From positions 918 through 64,917 of IMG/VR virus record IMGVR_UViG_3300042549_000858: DNA of 64,000 nt; one strand, written 5' to 3'. Made by a program: the position numbers and the translations under genes. This DNA is from a virus. Lineage: Duplodnaviria > Caudoviricetes. The notes beneath the pieces were generated by a model, which was not told the DNA's origin, searched no databases, and worked only from the letters and a program-made list of their open reading frames with translations. This document shows positions 1 to 9,842 of this stretch, piece after piece. Within the stretch, counting starts at the first letter, position 1. The number at the start of each line of letters is the position of its first letter.

Positions 1-450
1 GCTGTACAAACTATTGGCAGGATGCGGGTTGAAGTACGCCCGGGAATATCGGGTCCTTTAGCGCACATGGGATTATTTCTTAATGAGCACAACAACAATA
101 TGCTGGTCATCAACAGCACAGTGGACAAACGCTCAGGACTTACCGAAGCGCCAATACGGGAACCCCGTGGTGAACTCATCACCCGCTATGAGCCTGACAC
201 CAAGCACTTGTTTGTGACGGTGAAACTCTTGCGTGAGTGGTGTAGCGAGAACCAAGTCTCTTACAAAGGGCTGGTGGATGACCTGTACAAGATGGGTGCT
301 TGCATCGGGACTTTGAAGAAAGCCATGTCTCGTGGGTCTGCAATGTCCACACCGCCCGTGAGTGCATTGGTGATTGATTGCGCAAAAGCAACAGCCCTAG
401 ACCCCGAAGATAGCACTCCTGTACCCGCTCCTAGCGATGACGATTTATAA
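1..450 (+). CDS. C-terminal part of primase-helicase (5'-truncated; probable continuation of the ORF starting at 62367)
   Basis: Frame is open from base 1 (AVQTIGRMRVEV...). The sequence resembles the winged-helix-like tail of DUF927-type primase-helicases, and the ORF at 62367 runs off the right edge on the same strand. Confidence 0.7.
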   Translation, partial: AVQTIGRMRVEVRPGISGPLAHMGLFLNEHNNNMLVINSTVDKRSGLTEAPIREPRGELITRYEPDTKHLFVTVKLLREWCSENQVSYKGLVDDLYKMGACIGTLKKAMSRGSAMSTPPVSALVIDCAKATALDPEDSTPVPAPSDDDL

Positions 451-640
451 TAGCAACGTACTCGTTGTTATTGAATGGCATAAATTCGTAGTTGGCAGCT
501 CATTCTATATACCGACGTTAACACCTAACGTGTTATCAGATGAAATAGACACTGCCGCAAGGGAACGCGGCATGAAAGTCAAGTTTCGTTTTTGTGTCGA
601 AGGCACTACGCATGGAGTGAGGTTCTGGCGTGTCAAATGA
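437..640 (+). CDS. Hypothetical phage protein, 67 aa
   Basis: Overlaps the stop of the upstream gene; W..F.VG.SF.IP and GVRFWR pattern is typical of small genes after phage primase-helicases. Confidence 0.65.
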   Translation: MTIYNSNVLVVIEWHKFVVGSSFYIPTLTPNVLSDEIDTAARERGMKVKFRFCVEGTTHGVRFWRVK

Positions 641-660
641 TCTTGTGTTAGAGTTCGCCT

Positions 661-732
661 AGCAACTGATCTCCTCTCTCCTTTGTAGTTGCCTTCTCCT
701 AGCCCCCCGACCAAAAGTTGGGGGGTTTTTTT
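661..732 (+). ncRNA. Candidate small RNA with three CUCCU anti-SD motifs
   Basis: Extended -10-like TGtTAGAGT at 646-654; stem GCAACT(662-667)/AGTTGC(687-692) with a C/U-rich loop; CTCCT at 671, 678 and 696; ends in an intrinsic terminator. Confidence 0.45.
701..732 (+). terminator. Rho-independent terminator where the early and late arms converge
   Basis: AGCCCCCCGAC-CAAAA-GTTGGGGGGTT hairpin followed by a T run. Confidence 0.85.
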
Positions 733-734
733 CT

Positions 735-3700
735 TTAGGCTTCCAGTTCGCGGATTGACTGCTCGATGAGAGGGCGCAACTTCTTGTTCAACTGCACCCC
801 GTGGTACATGTCTTCGGAAATTTTGTCCCGTGCCTTGACAGACTTGTTGAGAGTGTTGCCTGTTATTTTTAGTTCGGGATACTTATCGCCCAACTCAAAC
901 AGTTTTTCTTCCAACTTATCCGCACGCTCAAAGTCACCTTCACGCTGGGCAACGTAGTACTTCTTGAGCAAGGACTGCTCTTCTTTGGTAATCACGTCAC
1001 CTTGCTTCTTGGCAATAGCGTTAATCTCATACTGTGCCAACAAGTCAGCAGGTGCGAAACCTAAGACCTGCATAGCTGCGTTGTATCCATTCACATCACC
1101 CATCACTGGGTCACCGCGTAGAGTATTTACACCTTCAGTGGCATAGCGAACACCCTTGAGTACGTTACGTAACGCAATAGGTAGGGCAGTCTCGATGGCA
1201 CGCTCCATGTGCCCATCGTTAGCCAGTTCAGCCGCACGGAACATGTTGTTTACTATGGCATATGGTGCGCCAAATATCGCCTCGGTAATTTGGCTCAACG
1301 CACTAGCGTCTGCTTTACCGCCCTTGTTTTCACGGTAGATTAAGTCAGTCCAACCCACACGGTCAGCAATGCCGAGGTTCGTGATGTAGTTGATTGGGCC
1401 CTTAAACGCAAACTCACCAAGATATTTACGCATGACGGTATCAAAGTCATCCTCGTCGTCATCATTAAGCGCGTTGTAGGCGGCTTCCATAATCCAATAC
1501 ATGGGTAAACCCTTAACCCCAGCAAACAATGCGGCAGTGCCGTATACGCCTAACAACTGGCGACGGGCGGCTTGTATTTCCTCAAGTTGTTGTCCTGTGG
1601 CACCTTTAACTGGCAGCGCACGGTTCATGGTGTTGAACAACATGTAGTACATGGTGAAGCCAAACCGCTTAAACACAGTAAGAACTTTACCTATGTCTGA
1701 CTGACCGATGCTGGGCCCAGATTCAGTATGACCAGCACCATGCGCAAAGGTAACCATTTTGATGGCTTCTTCAATAGCCTGCGCTTGCTTCTCGGCATCG
1801 GACAACTTCTTGTTATTCTTGAGGCGTCCCATCTCCAACTCATAGGCGGCAACTGCCGTGATTTCACGGTTCATACGCTCGGCATGATGGAACATGTATG
1901 TGGAAATAACCGCAGTTTTGTGCGCTAAGTTTCCAGTCTTATCAAGTTCTTTTCCGGGCCTGTCGTTTACATCCAACGCGTCATAAGCTGTTGATGTTTG
2001 CAGGAACCCAAGGTCTTTGAGCCTTTGCATCAAGGCGGCATACTGCGGGGATTTGCCCATACTGACTGCGTTGTCGATAGATAGGCCAACTTCCAACCAA
2101 CTATCTTGCATGGACTTGTTGCCGTTAATATCAATTACTTCGCGCTTGGCACCGCTGGTTCTATATAACTGCAATGCCGCCAACAATGCACGGCCTGAGT
2201 TTGCCCAGCCATACTTACCCGACAAAAGCGGGTAAACAATCATAGGAGTTTGCAACGTGTTGACCACGGCAGATGATGCGTTACCAGCCAAGTTGAAGTA
2301 GAACGCGCCAGTACTTGCATAGCGTGCCCAGTCAGACACCTTGGGGTTCATAGCGTATTCTTGACGTGCTTCAAACTCGTTAATCAATTCAACTGCACGG
2401 TTTTGATTCTGCCCACGTAGACCTGCGGCGGTCTCTTTCATATTGCTAACCAAACGGCGCATACGATCACCATAGCGCATCAGAGCCAACTGGCGGGTTA
2501 CGTTCTGAGTCACATTACCAAATGCCAAGGCAACATCGTTCTCATAACCAAGCGTACCCTTACGTGTTTGGAAAGATTTCAGCAAACTAGCCTCTGGCAT
2601 CGCGGCAACGATTAACTGCAAGAACTTATTAACAGCCTCATCATCGGCGTTGCCCTCACGCATGATCTTCACAATCTGAGCCGCCATAGTTCCACGTGGA
2701 ACATTCTTTACGGTGAACTGGTCAATGCGGGAGAACTCATCAAAGTTTGTATTACCTTCTGCTTCTAACTTGCGGCGTGCAAAGTCACGTTCAGCTTGGC
2801 TGTTATACAACTTAGATACGGCATCGTTAGTCTTGTCGGTGTAGGTCAACCAGTAAGTACCCTGACGGTACAGAGGCACGTAGTGGTCAATGCCCATCTT
2901 CGTGATTTGGTCAATGATCTTGTTGTACGCACTTAGTGCCGCTTTCTCATCAGGAAAAGTTTCCTTCAGACTGCTATACAACGACCCCTTTAACTCTTTG
3001 AACAAACCACGGTATGCACCGAATGTGTCACGGTACAACTGCTTTTCTTCGTCATTGAGTTTGTTGAACTCAGCGGAGAACTGGCGATGGGCTGCTTCCC
3101 TCTCAGGCGCACCTTTGTACTGGCTAATAGGAGCCTCTGGATTTACGTCCAAGCGTGACGATTCATGCACAAGGCGTGACCATGCGTCATAGTTAGCGTT
3201 CTGACGGTATTTGTTTAGACGGTCAGCAATAGGCTTTAACTTGGCACGCAACTCTTCACGGTAACCAATCATGCCGTCCACAGAGCGGGCGAAGTCCATT
3301 GAGTCTTTACCCAATATCTTTTCACCAACTTCACCCAGAGCAGACAAGTTCAGGAAGCGTTGAGTAGCCTCACGGAAACTGATACCCATGCGTTCGGTAG
3401 CGGCAAGGAACTTCACAGCGCGTTCACTGTTCATGGCGGGCTGATTGGAAATAATGTGGTCCATACCAGCCATAACTTGTTGCGCTATGTTTGGTTTGTG
3501 GATTGACTGTGCATACATGGACTCGCCGTAGCGTGCGGCAGGGGGCGCACCCATAATCGCATTGAGCATCTGGTCAACTGCATCCACCACACTCGTTTGC
3601 TTTGGCTCGTAACCCATCAATTTACGCAGGACGTTAACAATCTTGTCCCACATTGACAGGTTAGGGGACTCGGTGCGCATTTCTTTCAAGCGCGTGCGGA

Positions 3701-6700
3701 AGACTTCGTTACTCCACATTTCAGCGGCAAACTCTTGCAAGTCTGTAGCGCCATACGCACCTTCAATATCACCCTTGATTTGCTCAAAAAGTTTGTTTAA
3801 CTTCCGGGTGATCGGGTGTGATGGGTTTGCCAAAACATGTGATAGTGCGGCGTGAGCGGCCTCATGCAAAATCTCGTACTCGCTGGCGTTTGCAGGTAAG
3901 TAGATAGTGTTTGTCTTTGGGTCGTAGCGGGCTTCGCCCACTGCCAATTTCACATCACCTAAGTACTTAGTCAAAGCACCAGCAATACGTTGTACCAAAC
4001 CAGAAGAACCGGAATCTGCAAGAGCTTGTAGAGCACCTGCAACATCACCACGCTCCAACATGTGTAAGACAACTGGATGTGCCTCACCGTGCAAAGCGGC
4101 AGTCTCTTGGGATGCAAAGTACCCTTCGCCGCGACCTCTGTTTATGAAGTCGTCATAAGAAGTTTCAATTACGTCGTCAAGGTAGATGTCATCAATCGTC
4201 TTCTGTACAGAAACTTTCTTCTTGTCTGCGGCGGCTTCTTTAGCCTCATCCGCTAACTGCTTCTTGGTCGCTTTCTTGACCCCTTGCTGTTTATCAATTC
4301 TGGAGTAGTGCACCTGAGAACTGGCGTTCTCTTTCTCGTACAGGGCAATCTGCTTGTCCATGAATGCGATTGCTTCGGGCGACAGGTTCTGACGCACCCA
4401 CTGTGCGGCGTTCTTAGCGTGTTTACCGCCTTGTCCTTTGAAAAACTCAGCCTCGGCTTGTGTGCCGAATGTCATCTCTGGGGCACCCTTGAACGACTTC
4501 ATTTTGGAATTGCGATAGGCAGTAGGCTGATATACCAAGTCGTTAGCAATCGCTTTAAGCGCCAACTCAGGTAGAACCTTGCTGAAATAAGCGTGAGCGT
4601 CTTTGGCAAGTTCGGTCATCCCTTTGAGGGATGCAGTGCGGCCTAACTTTTCAGCGGCAATCTTGAGGTCTTCACCAAACTTTATAGTTTTATTAACCTT
4701 AGCAATATTCTGTGCTTCCACCGTTTCGGCAGGGGCAGCCTCAGTAGCCTTGATAGGAGTAGCCTTTCGTCCCTTAGCAGATACAACAAGAGGAGCAGTA
4801 TCAGTAGTAGCAACAGTAACAGGAGCCGCATTTTCACCACCTATTATTTCTGTATCAGTTAAATTTTGTAGTAGCTGTTCATCGGTAACTACCCCCTGCG
4901 CCCCAAGGTTTAGTGCGGCAAATTTTTCACCATCAACTTTTACTTTTGTATCAACAACTTTTCCTGTGTCATCACGAACAATAGTTACCGTTGCAGGTTT
5001 ACCTTCAAAGGTTGTTTTGTGTTGAGTTTTGGTTTCTTTTACTGTAGCGGACTGTTCAGCTTCTCTGATAGTAGGCAGTCCAGCATCCGGCTTAGGAGAA
5101 ACCACTCGAGCTCCTGTAGGTGCTCCAGTTCCTGTGGCGGTGCCTTCTTGATCGGGTGGTGGAGCCACGCTAGTGCCTGCTCCACTTGTTGGGGCGTTAG
5201 GTTGTCCAGCATTGATGTCTCCAAAGGCGAATTGACGCGTTGCTGATTGTTGCTTCTGTGTTTTCTCAGAGATAGGCTCCGCTTGTAATTCCGCACGGGC
5301 GGCTTCGACTTCACCACCACGCCCATCAGCATATAGGCTGTCAAGTACTTTTTGGTAGTTATCTTCGTTGATGTTGATGGTGCCCGTCTTTTGTGGGTCT
5401 TCCATCGTCTGTATGAATTTGCGCACACCTTCGGGGGTAGCCATGTCAACACCCAACAACTCAGTAGTAAGGTTTGAACGTGCAGGGATACGCAAGGCTT
5501 TGAGGACTTGCTCTGTTACTGGGTCTTTCGGTGCGTTCTGTGCACCCATGTCGCCAAATGCAAACCCACGCATACCTTGCTCTTGGCTAATCTTGTTTTC
5601 AACGCGTTGCTTCTCAACTCCGGGCATGAACATGCCGCCCGTACCGGGTGTTGGCTTGGCAGTAGCGAACGCGCTTTTCGATGCTTTAGCCGCATTTTCG
5701 TCAGCGTCTTTAGCCTTGGCTTTTTTAATTGCGTCTTCTAAGTCAGCGTAGGCTCGTGAACCGGGACGTTGCTCATCCATGCGGGCTTGCAAGGCATTGA
5801 TTTCAATCTCACGCGCTTTGCGTGCGTCGTTCTCCGCAAGGGCGGCTTCCATATCAGCTTGCGTGTTGCCCGCTGTTGGAAACTGTCCTTCAATTTGGTT
5901 TTGCAAGCCAGTAGGTTGCAGTCGCGCCGCTTCTTCTTGTGCGGCTAACTGATTTAACGCTTCTTTGGCTTCTTGTGTATTTGCGTAGTCTTTCTTGGCT
6001 GTACGACCAGCGGCTATGCCACCGGGGACTCCAAAGCCAGCACCACCCACAGCACCTTTGACAAATGCTTCCTTGTACTTCTGTACGTTCTCAGGGTCAA
6101 GCAAACCTTTTGTACTGCCAGCAACTTGTGTGGCGTATGCGCCGATGGCTTCTTGTGCGCTCTCGGTAAGCCCTTCAGTAGCGGCAGACTTGGCTACTTC
6201 TTTGCCAAGGTACTTCCAAACTTTTGGTGCGGCACCAGACTCTTTTGCTAACTGCTCAATGACTTTTAGTTTGCCGTATGAGCCTAGTGAGTTAAGCACA
6301 CCAGCAGGTAACACAGAGTCCAATATGGCACTGAAGCCACCTGCTAAGGCGGCAACACCGGGCTCGAACTTACCGGTTTCTCTGTATATACCTTCAAATA
6401 CTTCGGGTGCGTTTTGGGCAAATGAACCCATGAACACACCACCATACATACCCTTTTGTGCACCAGCTTTTGCGGCAGTCTCAACACCAGCTAGACCTGC
6501 ACGGGTAGGAACGCCAGCGGCAGTGGCCGCCTTGAAAGCCGCGTTTCCAGCCAAGCGCCCGCCCAACATACTTCCCCCTACACCGGGAACTATTGAAGTA
6601 GCAATAGTAGGTGTGAGTTCACCCAAAGTCTCAACGCCGTATTCAAGCGCCTCAAACGGGCTGTTGATGTCTTTATATGATTTGAAACGAGTTGGGTATT

Positions 6701-6995
6701 TCTGCTGTAGAAGTTGGCGGCTTGCTTCCGCTTCCTTCATTTGACGTTCAGCGTATTCTTTGTCCCCACCCACAAAAGAACTAACCATAGCAGGGATGGT
6801 GTCGCCAAGAGCAATACCCGTTTCTCCCAAACCACGCATGACACCGCGCTTGGCAATCTCACCCAAACCAACATCCGGTTTAGGAAGACTGAAGTCGTAT
6901 TTTTCTGCCAGTCTGCCGACTAAATTATCGAACTGCTCTGGACTTAGGTTGTCTGGAAATTCAACATTCCCTACTTTGGGCAGTGTGACAATCAT
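735..6995 (-). CDS. Large internal virion (ejection) protein, polyvalent type with zincin HExxH metallopeptidase domain, 2086 aa
   Basis: Last and largest gene of the late operon; Gly/Ala-rich hydrophobic N-terminal helices; YDPKTNTIYL...ILHEAAHAAL...LQEFAAE zincin motif; helical C-terminal region like large polyvalent-protein domains. Confidence 0.8.
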   Translation of the reverse strand: MIVTLPKVGNVEFPDNLSPEQFDNLVGRLAEKYDFSLPKPDVGLGEIAKRGVMRGLGETGIALGDTIPAMVSSFVGGDKEYAERQMKEAEASRQLLQQKYPTRFKSYKDINSPFEALEYGVETLGELTPTIATSIVPGVGGSMLGGRLAGNAAFKAATAAGVPTRAGLAGVETAAKAGAQKGMYGGVFMGSFAQNAPEVFEGIYRETGKFEPGVAALAGGFSAILDSVLPAGVLNSLGSYGKLKVIEQLAKESGAAPKVWKYLGKEVAKSAATEGLTESAQEAIGAYATQVAGSTKGLLDPENVQKYKEAFVKGAVGGAGFGVPGGIAAGRTAKKDYANTQEAKEALNQLAAQEEAARLQPTGLQNQIEGQFPTAGNTQADMEAALAENDARKAREIEINALQARMDEQRPGSRAYADLEDAIKKAKAKDADENAAKASKSAFATAKPTPGTGGMFMPGVEKQRVENKISQEQGMRGFAFGDMGAQNAPKDPVTEQVLKALRIPARSNLTTELLGVDMATPEGVRKFIQTMEDPQKTGTININEDNYQKVLDSLYADGRGGEVEAARAELQAEPISEKTQKQQSATRQFAFGDINAGQPNAPTSGAGTSVAPPPDQEGTATGTGAPTGARVVSPKPDAGLPTIREAEQSATVKETKTQHKTTFEGKPATVTIVRDDTGKVVDTKVKVDGEKFAALNLGAQGVVTDEQLLQNLTDTEIIGGENAAPVTVATTDTAPLVVSAKGRKATPIKATEAAPAETVEAQNIAKVNKTIKFGEDLKIAAEKLGRTASLKGMTELAKDAHAYFSKVLPELALKAIANDLVYQPTAYRNSKMKSFKGAPEMTFGTQAEAEFFKGQGGKHAKNAAQWVRQNLSPEAIAFMDKQIALYEKENASSQVHYSRIDKQQGVKKATKKQLADEAKEAAADKKKVSVQKTIDDIYLDDVIETSYDDFINRGRGEGYFASQETAALHGEAHPVVLHMLERGDVAGALQALADSGSSGLVQRIAGALTKYLGDVKLAVGEARYDPKTNTIYLPANASEYEILHEAAHAALSHVLANPSHPITRKLNKLFEQIKGDIEGAYGATDLQEFAAEMWSNEVFRTRLKEMRTESPNLSMWDKIVNVLRKLMGYEPKQTSVVDAVDQMLNAIMGAPPAARYGESMYAQSIHKPNIAQQVMAGMDHIISNQPAMNSERAVKFLAATERMGISFREATQRFLNLSALGEVGEKILGKDSMDFARSVDGMIGYREELRAKLKPIADRLNKYRQNANYDAWSRLVHESSRLDVNPEAPISQYKGAPEREAAHRQFSAEFNKLNDEEKQLYRDTFGAYRGLFKELKGSLYSSLKETFPDEKAALSAYNKIIDQITKMGIDHYVPLYRQGTYWLTYTDKTNDAVSKLYNSQAERDFARRKLEAEGNTNFDEFSRIDQFTVKNVPRGTMAAQIVKIMREGNADDEAVNKFLQLIVAAMPEASLLKSFQTRKGTLGYENDVALAFGNVTQNVTRQLALMRYGDRMRRLVSNMKETAAGLRGQNQNRAVELINEFEARQEYAMNPKVSDWARYASTGAFYFNLAGNASSAVVNTLQTPMIVYPLLSGKYGWANSGRALLAALQLYRTSGAKREVIDINGNKSMQDSWLEVGLSIDNAVSMGKSPQYAALMQRLKDLGFLQTSTAYDALDVNDRPGKELDKTGNLAHKTAVISTYMFHHAERMNREITAVAAYELEMGRLKNNKKLSDAEKQAQAIEEAIKMVTFAHGAGHTESGPSIGQSDIGKVLTVFKRFGFTMYYMLFNTMNRALPVKGATGQQLEEIQAARRQLLGVYGTAALFAGVKGLPMYWIMEAAYNALNDDDEDDFDTVMRKYLGEFAFKGPINYITNLGIADRVGWTDLIYRENKGGKADASALSQITEAIFGAPYAIVNNMFRAAELANDGHMERAIETALPIALRNVLKGVRYATEGVNTLRGDPVMGDVNGYNAAMQVLGFAPADLLAQYEINAIAKKQGDVITKEEQSLLKKYYVAQREGDFERADKLEEKLFELGDKYPELKITGNTLNKSVKARDKISEDMYHGVQLNKKLRPLIEQSIRELEA

Positions 6996-6997
6996 AA

Positions 6998-9436
6998 TTA
7001 ACCTTCATCAAGCAGATCAAACACCGATTTTGCACTACCGCCGCTAGTTGCGGAAGCCATATCTCCACGTTGGTCCCGTGCGGCACTCAGTGCGTCCCCG
7101 ATTGCAGATTGACGCATTTGATTAAATTGATACTTACCTTGAATAGGCCCATACTGTTGTATGAGTTCCGCTTCTTTTCGCGTGTTTCTTGGGTTGTTAT
7201 CAAAGTCAAGTGTGGCTTTACGGCGTACGTCCATCATGCGTGCATCTGCGGCTCTAGCTTGAGCATCTGCGGCTTTATTGCGGTAGTCCATAAGCGAACC
7301 AAACTGACGCTCTTTTTGTGCCAGTTGTGCGGCACCGAGGCCAGCTTGTGAGGCGTATTGTTGACGTTGTACGTCAAGTTGTTCACGCTGTACTGCAATT
7401 TGTTTATCCACTTGTTGGAACTGACGTACTTGGGACGCCCAGCCTAGGGCTGTAGCGTTATCACCCTTACGTTGCGCCATTTGGAACTGTTGCATAGCAA
7501 TCGCAAGTTTTTGCTGATTGTCATCTGCGGCTTGAGCCAACTCATTAGTCTTAGCAACCGATGCGGCAAGTGTTGGAGATGCTTTTGCGGCACTTCGTAT
7601 TACACCAAAGATACCTTGGTTACCTACTTGACCGGGTTCAGCGGCATTAGCCGCCATTTGAAACCCAAACTCAGCCAATGCTTTACCAAAGCCTTTGTCT
7701 TTAATTTCTTTTGAACGCCCGGCAGATTTCTCCATCAGTTTGTTCAATGTGTCCATGTCGCCCTTGCTCTCGGCTTTGAGCATGTTGCGCATTTTGGTGT
7801 ACTCATCCATTAAAGAAACAGCAGGCACGCCACTATCTTTGGACAACTTAGTAATGCCAGAGAAAATCTCTGGGCTAACTTTTGGTTTGTCTTTGGTTTC
7901 AAAGTCCACGCGGCGCGTCGCAGTAGCGGCGTTGTATGGTTCACTAACCGAAGTCGTTGGTTTAGCTACCGGAGCTGTTGGCTTATCTACAACGTATTTA
8001 CCATACATAATGTCTTGCACATCTGAAAGCCCTACAGTCTTTCCTTGGTCTTTTAAATCACTAACTATTTTTTGCACTTCACTCATAGGAAGTTTTTTAG
8101 GTGTCTCGTATGTACCAATTGAGCCACCAAATTGTGGGTCTGTAATTAAGTCACCGTCGGCAAACGCAAGGATGCCGCCATTAGCGGCTTGGACTACGCC
8201 CTGCTGTTGGTCTTGTGGAAGTTGGTTATACGCCGCTGCCATACCACCACGCTCGGATGCACGCATGGCAAGTTCTTGTTGGGCGGCTACTAACTCAACC
8301 TGTGTTGTAGGGTTCTGAATAATTGACTGGAGTTGCTCATCTGACAACTTGTCAACCTGTGCCGCCATAGCCGCAGGGTCGTTCATTTTGTCGGAAATGT
8401 CCCCACCCGCACCAAACGCCAAGCCACCCTCAGCCATCTTGCTCAGACCATAGGCACCCATACCCAGACCAGCAAGCTGACCCATAGTACTTGGAGGTGC
8501 TTGATAGACCTGAGACTGTGTGTTCATACCCATCGGGGTACCACGAACCAAGTTAGACATGTAACTAAGTTGTTGGTATGGATAGTTCTTCTGTGTGAGA
8601 AAGTCTTGGTATGCAGTGTCCAGACCTCTTTGTTGCTGGGCTTGCTGTTGTGCGCCGTACTGGTTTTGCAAGGCGTTGATACCCATGCCCTGCTGATACT
8701 GGCTCTGCCCTAAGTTACCCAACTGACCAGCGGCTTGATTAGCCATGCCGTAGCCTGCAAGTTGATTCTGCAAGTTCTGGTTGTACTGGTTCTGCGCATT
8801 GCTAAATGCTGTGTTGTAGCCCTGACCAACAATCTGATTGATACCTGTATTGCGGTTGCGCTCGTTTTCAGCCGCCATGATCGCTTCGCGTGAGCCACCA
8901 AATGCACCTGCTTGAGTAGCCGCAGACTGTTGTCTAGTACCGCTAATGTCGTACGCACGGTTTGCTTCAGCAATTTGAGGAGCCAAAGACATCTGCAAGT
9001 AGGGGTTCATGTACCCACCGACTTGATTCTGGAATCCTCCGGTCGTAGACTGACCAGCTACATCAAACCCACCCAAACCCGCACCGACCGATGCGGCAGT
9101 AGCCTGACCAATTTGAGGCGCAACCTTCATATTCTGTGCGCCTTGGAACGATTGCTGTTGCATCGGGTCAAACCCGGCAATGCGCTCGCCGCCATAAGGT
9201 TGGTATGGATTCTGTCCAAGATCAGTTACTGCCTTACCCTTGGACAGCACGTCTTGCGCATATGGTTTTGCCCAATCAGGTAAGTCTTGGGTTTGTGTAG
9301 TAGATGATGCGGGCTGTTGACTACCACCCCCACCATCACCAAGGATGAAACCCCCATCGGCTTTTAAATAGGTGGCGCTATCCCCAAGCGGCTCGCCTAA
9401 TGCGTAGAGTTCACGGCGTGAATAACTTGTTCTCAT
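6998..9436 (-). CDS. Internal virion / DNA pilot (ejection) protein, 812 aa
   Basis: GGGG stretch followed by LPDWAKPY; Gln/Gly-rich YMNPY and GAFGGSR motifs typical of podovirus pilot proteins; lies between the GNAT gene and the large ejection protein. Confidence 0.75.
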   Translation of the reverse strand: MRTSYSRRELYALGEPLGDSATYLKADGGFILGDGGGGSQQPASSTTQTQDLPDWAKPYAQDVLSKGKAVTDLGQNPYQPYGGERIAGFDPMQQQSFQGAQNMKVAPQIGQATAASVGAGLGGFDVAGQSTTGGFQNQVGGYMNPYLQMSLAPQIAEANRAYDISGTRQQSAATQAGAFGGSREAIMAAENERNRNTGINQIVGQGYNTAFSNAQNQYNQNLQNQLAGYGMANQAAGQLGNLGQSQYQQGMGINALQNQYGAQQQAQQQRGLDTAYQDFLTQKNYPYQQLSYMSNLVRGTPMGMNTQSQVYQAPPSTMGQLAGLGMGAYGLSKMAEGGLAFGAGGDISDKMNDPAAMAAQVDKLSDEQLQSIIQNPTTQVELVAAQQELAMRASERGGMAAAYNQLPQDQQQGVVQAANGGILAFADGDLITDPQFGGSIGTYETPKKLPMSEVQKIVSDLKDQGKTVGLSDVQDIMYGKYVVDKPTAPVAKPTTSVSEPYNAATATRRVDFETKDKPKVSPEIFSGITKLSKDSGVPAVSLMDEYTKMRNMLKAESKGDMDTLNKLMEKSAGRSKEIKDKGFGKALAEFGFQMAANAAEPGQVGNQGIFGVIRSAAKASPTLAASVAKTNELAQAADDNQQKLAIAMQQFQMAQRKGDNATALGWASQVRQFQQVDKQIAVQREQLDVQRQQYASQAGLGAAQLAQKERQFGSLMDYRNKAADAQARAADARMMDVRRKATLDFDNNPRNTRKEAELIQQYGPIQGKYQFNQMRQSAIGDALSAARDQRGDMASATSGGSAKSVFDLLDEG

Positions 9437-9840
9437 AGATCAACCCTCATTACTTGGTGGGTGTTTTCCATACCCATTTTCTTGTACATATCAACCAGTG
9501 TGCCCCTTGCCCAGCACTGGGCTTTTTTGGCACCGTTGAGCCGCATGAAGTTTTTAGCTTCATCAAACACATAGTCTCTAACAATCCCTTTGCCACCCAT
9601 AAGATTTACATGCGCAACGCGCTCCATCGGGTAGTCAATAAACTCAATCGTACAAGCACCAGTAATGCCCTCATCGGGCTCTTCCCACACTAACAAGTGT
9701 GTTTTACCTGTACGGATGCTGTACTCAATAAACTGTTCACTGTGTGACCCGGGCTCTAAGTCCATTGCTTTTTTTAGCAAGGGTAGGGCAACAGGCCATA
9801 CATTAGGCAGATAGTTAGGGTGAACGTGGTGTAGCGGCAT
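9433..9840 (-). CDS. GNAT-fold acyltransferase-like protein (P22 gp14 / T7 gp13 position)
   Basis: 135 aa; HLLVW..ITGACTIEFIDYP...AHVNLMGGKG...GAKKAQCWAR...MYKKMG pattern; stop overlaps the ATG of the pilot gene. Confidence 0.6.
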   Translation of the reverse strand: MPLHHVHPNYLPNVWPVALPLLKKAMDLEPGSHSEQFIEYSIRTGKTHLLVWEEPDEGITGACTIEFIDYPMERVAHVNLMGGKGIVRDYVFDEAKNFMRLNGAKKAQCWARGTLVDMYKKMGMENTHQVMRVDL

Positions 9841-9842
9841 GT

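Noticed and set aside
5995-6744. 249-aa plus-strand ORF and other long antisense ORFs (7695-8318, 41332-41883, 17612-18085)
   Set aside because: They are shadows of real minus-strand genes caused by codon bias, with no RBS or recognisable motifs.
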